Part shown: positions 63,101 through 64,000 of the stretch, piece by piece
How positions within the stretch are numbered: the stretch's first letter is position 1
Layout: each line of letters starts with the position of its first letter
Origin: a virus
Lineage: Duplodnaviria > Caudoviricetes
Reading direction: 5' to 3' (one strand)
Length of the DNA: 64,000 bases
IMG/VR virus record: IMGVR_UViG_3300016657_000022
Location: 1-64,000 of that record
Translations under genes and position numbers: made by a program
Notes under the pieces: model-generated
Database searches by the model: none
What the model saw: the letters and a program-made list of their open reading frames with translations, nothing else
Told to the model about the DNA's origin: nothing

Positions 63101-64000
63101 GTGCCATCTCTGGCCGTCAGGGTATCGACGCTGACACCAATACGCTGATGAGCCTGCTCCGTCGTGAGGCTGCCACGGGTCTGAACAAGGCCAAGGGCAT
63201 TGATGAGCGTCAGGCTGTGCTGAAGGTGCTTCAGCTCTCGGTGGACCAGATGGCTGGTGCTGCCACCCCCTACACGCGGGAAGGCATCATCCTCTCTGGT
63301 TCACACGCGGAGCGTGCAGCCCAGCTCAACATCCTGAAGTCTCAGATGGCCAAAGGAGCGGTTCTCAGGGCCACCCAGAGCGAGTCTGCTCCGCAGACGG
63401 GCAATGTGGCCAAGGAAGCCTCAAAGTCTTCTATGGCAGCCCGTGGGGCAGATGTGAAGCTCTTCACGAAGGGCATGGATCGCTACATCACCAAGCTGAC
63501 TTCGGACCCGACGACTCGTGCCCTGCTCCGGGATGTGACTCGTTCGGGTAAGGTCGATGCCTACAAGGTCTGGACCGGCAGCCGTGAGGAGCTGATCCAG
63601 CACGCCGCTGATATGGGGATCTCGATCCCTGCTGATCGTCAGAAGACGTTCATGGGCTTCACCGATCCGGTGTCGAAGCAGCTCTTCGTTGTGAACGGCA
63701 ACGCTGAGACCATGCTCCATGAGCTGATCCACGCTGCTACCTATGAGACGGTGGCTGCCCACTATGCTGGTGAGAGCGTTGCTTCTGAAGCGGCTGCTGC
63801 CATCGAGCGTATCGAGCAACTCATGGCCCAGTTCCGTGAGGCTGGCCTTGATGGCGATGCCTACCAGAATGCTTTGGATGAGATGGATCGTCAGGCTGAC
63901 GCCGGGAACCAAGCCGCAGAACTAAACGAGTTCATGGCATGGGCACTCAGCAATCAGGATCTGGCCGAGCAGCTCAAGGGCACTCAGGTCGAGAACCGTT
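57166..64000 (+). CDS. Virion-encapsidated RNA polymerase (N4 gp50-like), 3' end beyond window
   Basis: GAGG RBS; frame read by hand to the window edge with no stop and no Cys seen; NRLQMLGKDNPQSNK, motif A EADGVTNG, motif B RDVVKNPLTITVYGSG, motif C IFDG, HELIH. Confidence 0.97.
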   Translation, partial: MASRYQDLLNIYTQSNPILNTKLFDTSDMAQTKAAEVERASAAKQAEANGSPDGYNLATMRATGSGVASAKPIDRDYVTLSPFQFELKYGADTRAQYAAAEASGESARRAGTQGTRDGYQIAGDSANSALMGFANAFGGIGALATGLVSDDAGAWVSTKLGQLNQFSQSLQSRELNASRAAYGSQNELDAADNKAEAAQVTKDYGKIAGGTYRFLNDAYDSLGNALKDPNMAADTVASGVGSLFAGGPLSKGLRAIGTATIGRLGASEAIAAAASRASTGRFLGTSDRLLLSTAEHAPMTAAIGLMEGGGAYQQTVDQSYQELIAQGVAPEEAARRANAAGLEAAAIQTPIAAATGRLVSKFEGHPTRVGSLSSAAGNMIRETVEETAQSAAGQVAQNVGMRDNVNPNQDLLEGVGEQAALGGLGGLGSAGLAQAPGVTFRASVETAKLPFKALGAGLKYQADRVRANNQKVQDQLLSGLYDQADQAVPDAQAEMEQVIANANPSVSGDLGRWAGEQVNRLQQSKAIQAAAQTVMAKGGAVKDKLASYFQVRDGVQEMQAAQDEATPAGAENTTMQSIKDAAVNVTQSQAVQDSLAKGKLMVKSAASVVNANVRAALSRMTATQNNTPDSEGAANLNDQAQVMAGIAADAPELVDTKAAEQVLYHDSQGTIALSAPQRNALRTAVAAGKAAQSGSELASTFGLADADAVSRQVLTDKPKEGSNLSLNGHLQGIASAYNSGDLQLASQRLTDLRRFAQHLSNKVVSFNDALAGGNTNENNAVSFPALVNGRFIPDSGKTYFQPRSARSVQLAQEVAVQARTVADAVNNLSDAFPDLGIEHIEPAVLDASLSGKAETVANEYRNGQRTVPNSETKGVQSETAEPAQASEVAEPEAAPVEEQAATDSQLNADQITSEQSDAPVANEAQVQDEPTVTSEEVPSAEPVEETAPAAKTEQAAPEAASETAPAEAPRFGGTENRISKAFRAAKTATSRIMDSDSPLQTIRDAFKSKEALEELIGSKLNRGYSVEVSKAYTNFLKLGDGLKTIMEERLQSALKAKLDRGLKPEDMVNFLEGGALNAVIQNEDGSYSYDPKLLEAATLAGLQWYLKMNKNGTQLDDNDIRQMYGLSDTVPLPDGLAAMLSEGMGDTEVSRSLAAEIGRFWGMDINPNAPANYAQSALEGMAKELIESMVAGGLIQETQVDTKDVLNVPHVSRYSPVLTEEVARADGSTYTKRKGPALDETTLAGLRQFPAAIEKAALIDGEEVNYVGEKPGDRNSKTQLRNPMVETTDQQRQVIAKEQATEHRMNMPFVGMLTRLGEGLTMRLFGGGDTNGPLNVNDRRSLEGRNLTMQSAFRSIFNLMAEVQNRSDLDKVDPAEMPVFFDYAYTVVNRLQMLGKDNPQSNKLMREAVLPTWKEMDLTNPDMRLAFSMGLAQALGIKVHQNSQQQTLKDLTEKLAQFPKTLELLRDDGELSEADVDTMKAEGVDSPVALHALMEYARLTDTAPTDRKAFRSALYFEADGVTNGVVNAMSLFSSKDFTDTWLSNIERGGLWIGEQAASLFNLRSRGNGNELDLYGVAASNTSNYLTDLLRRNASDPAVSAKLTMVNAFLVQYLKGVDMDGDKLLLKRDVVKNPLTITVYGSGTNGIAGNLMDEALSKLYSDLSAAAGRMAGDKNLSLAEAMFPEMSKAEATQSLKGLEALLSQLTGSTLGVSEKSLYNEENSNPNVTIADPVEFTLSSAQKQAMQKNILHAFAEPMVQGITQTVGADLIDSMGTIKTQTQAWSLVGQFMFQNEYEKALAAKRKANPNMNSYELLSQSETDAIMKKISADLPSFGTGTQNFMFGMKQRLDLPFMTSKNGKPLKLEFSRSLTDNMQTPAFGYMPGDAGVSGQPGLTIGSGDGQAVQNIIMNPETPAERLQIFDGIHSSVADMSLMGRVSNQGVYDSWANNPMRSLAEAFDTFVKQVDLSGLNERQRTALFRAISGRQGIDADTNTLMSLLRREAATGLNKAKGIDERQAVLKVLQLSVDQMAGAATPYTREGIILSGSHAERAAQLNILKSQMAKGAVLRATQSESAPQTGNVAKEASKSSMAARGADVKLFTKGMDRYITKLTSDPTTRALLRDVTRSGKVDAYKVWTGSREELIQHAADMGISIPADRQKTFMGFTDPVSKQLFVVNGNAETMLHELIHAATYETVAAHYAGESVASEAAAAIERIEQLMAQFREAGLDGDAYQNALDEMDRQADAGNQAAELNEFMAWALSNQDLAEQLKGTQVENR

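Noticed and set aside
1-64000. Alternative genetic code with UGA = Trp
   Set aside because: Many genes end in TGA with TGATG/GTGA coupling, and Trp is TGG elsewhere; only one in-frame TGA was found
1-64000. Prophage, integrase, transposase, reverse transcriptase or intein
   Set aside because: No such motifs seen; gene content fits a lytic N4-like phage, and DNAP, helicase and terminase are normal length

Overview
The window is most of the genome of an N4-like (Schitoviridae-type) lytic podophage. It is GC-rich by eye, and the host is probably alphaproteobacterial (inferred from its HU gene). The assembly appears circularly permuted, with the presumed physical ends near 33.9-34.5 kb. From 33.9 kb leftward on the minus strand are the early and middle genes: a vRNAP hairpin promoter, gp1, four tiny membrane proteins, gp2, the two-subunit RNAPII, AAA/vWA, dcd, HU, thyX, rIIA/rIIB, helicase, PolA-family DNA polymerase and gp40/gp41. 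From 34.6 kb rightward on the plus strand are the terminase, two receptor-binding proteins, a lysis cassette, portal, capsid, virion proteins and the giant virion RNA polymerase (truncated by the window edge). The main non-routine signals are: (1) an ORF-free ~720-nt RNA cluster at 23.04-23.75 kb, containing a 117-nt CCA-ending tRNA mimic whose anticodon arm is replaced by a long helix with a palindromic tip, next to a ~480-nt ornate multi-stem RNA; (2) two free-standing homing endonucleases that each carry a recoded replacement copy of the gene end they displaced; (3) a group I intron in RNAPII motif B; (4) an in-frame UGA and a +1 frameshift in conserved genes; (5) further structured intergenic RNAs, including a pseudoknot-plus-terminator leader; (6) a possible Acb2/Tad1-like anti-defence protein. 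All family assignments come from motif recognition by eye, not database searches.
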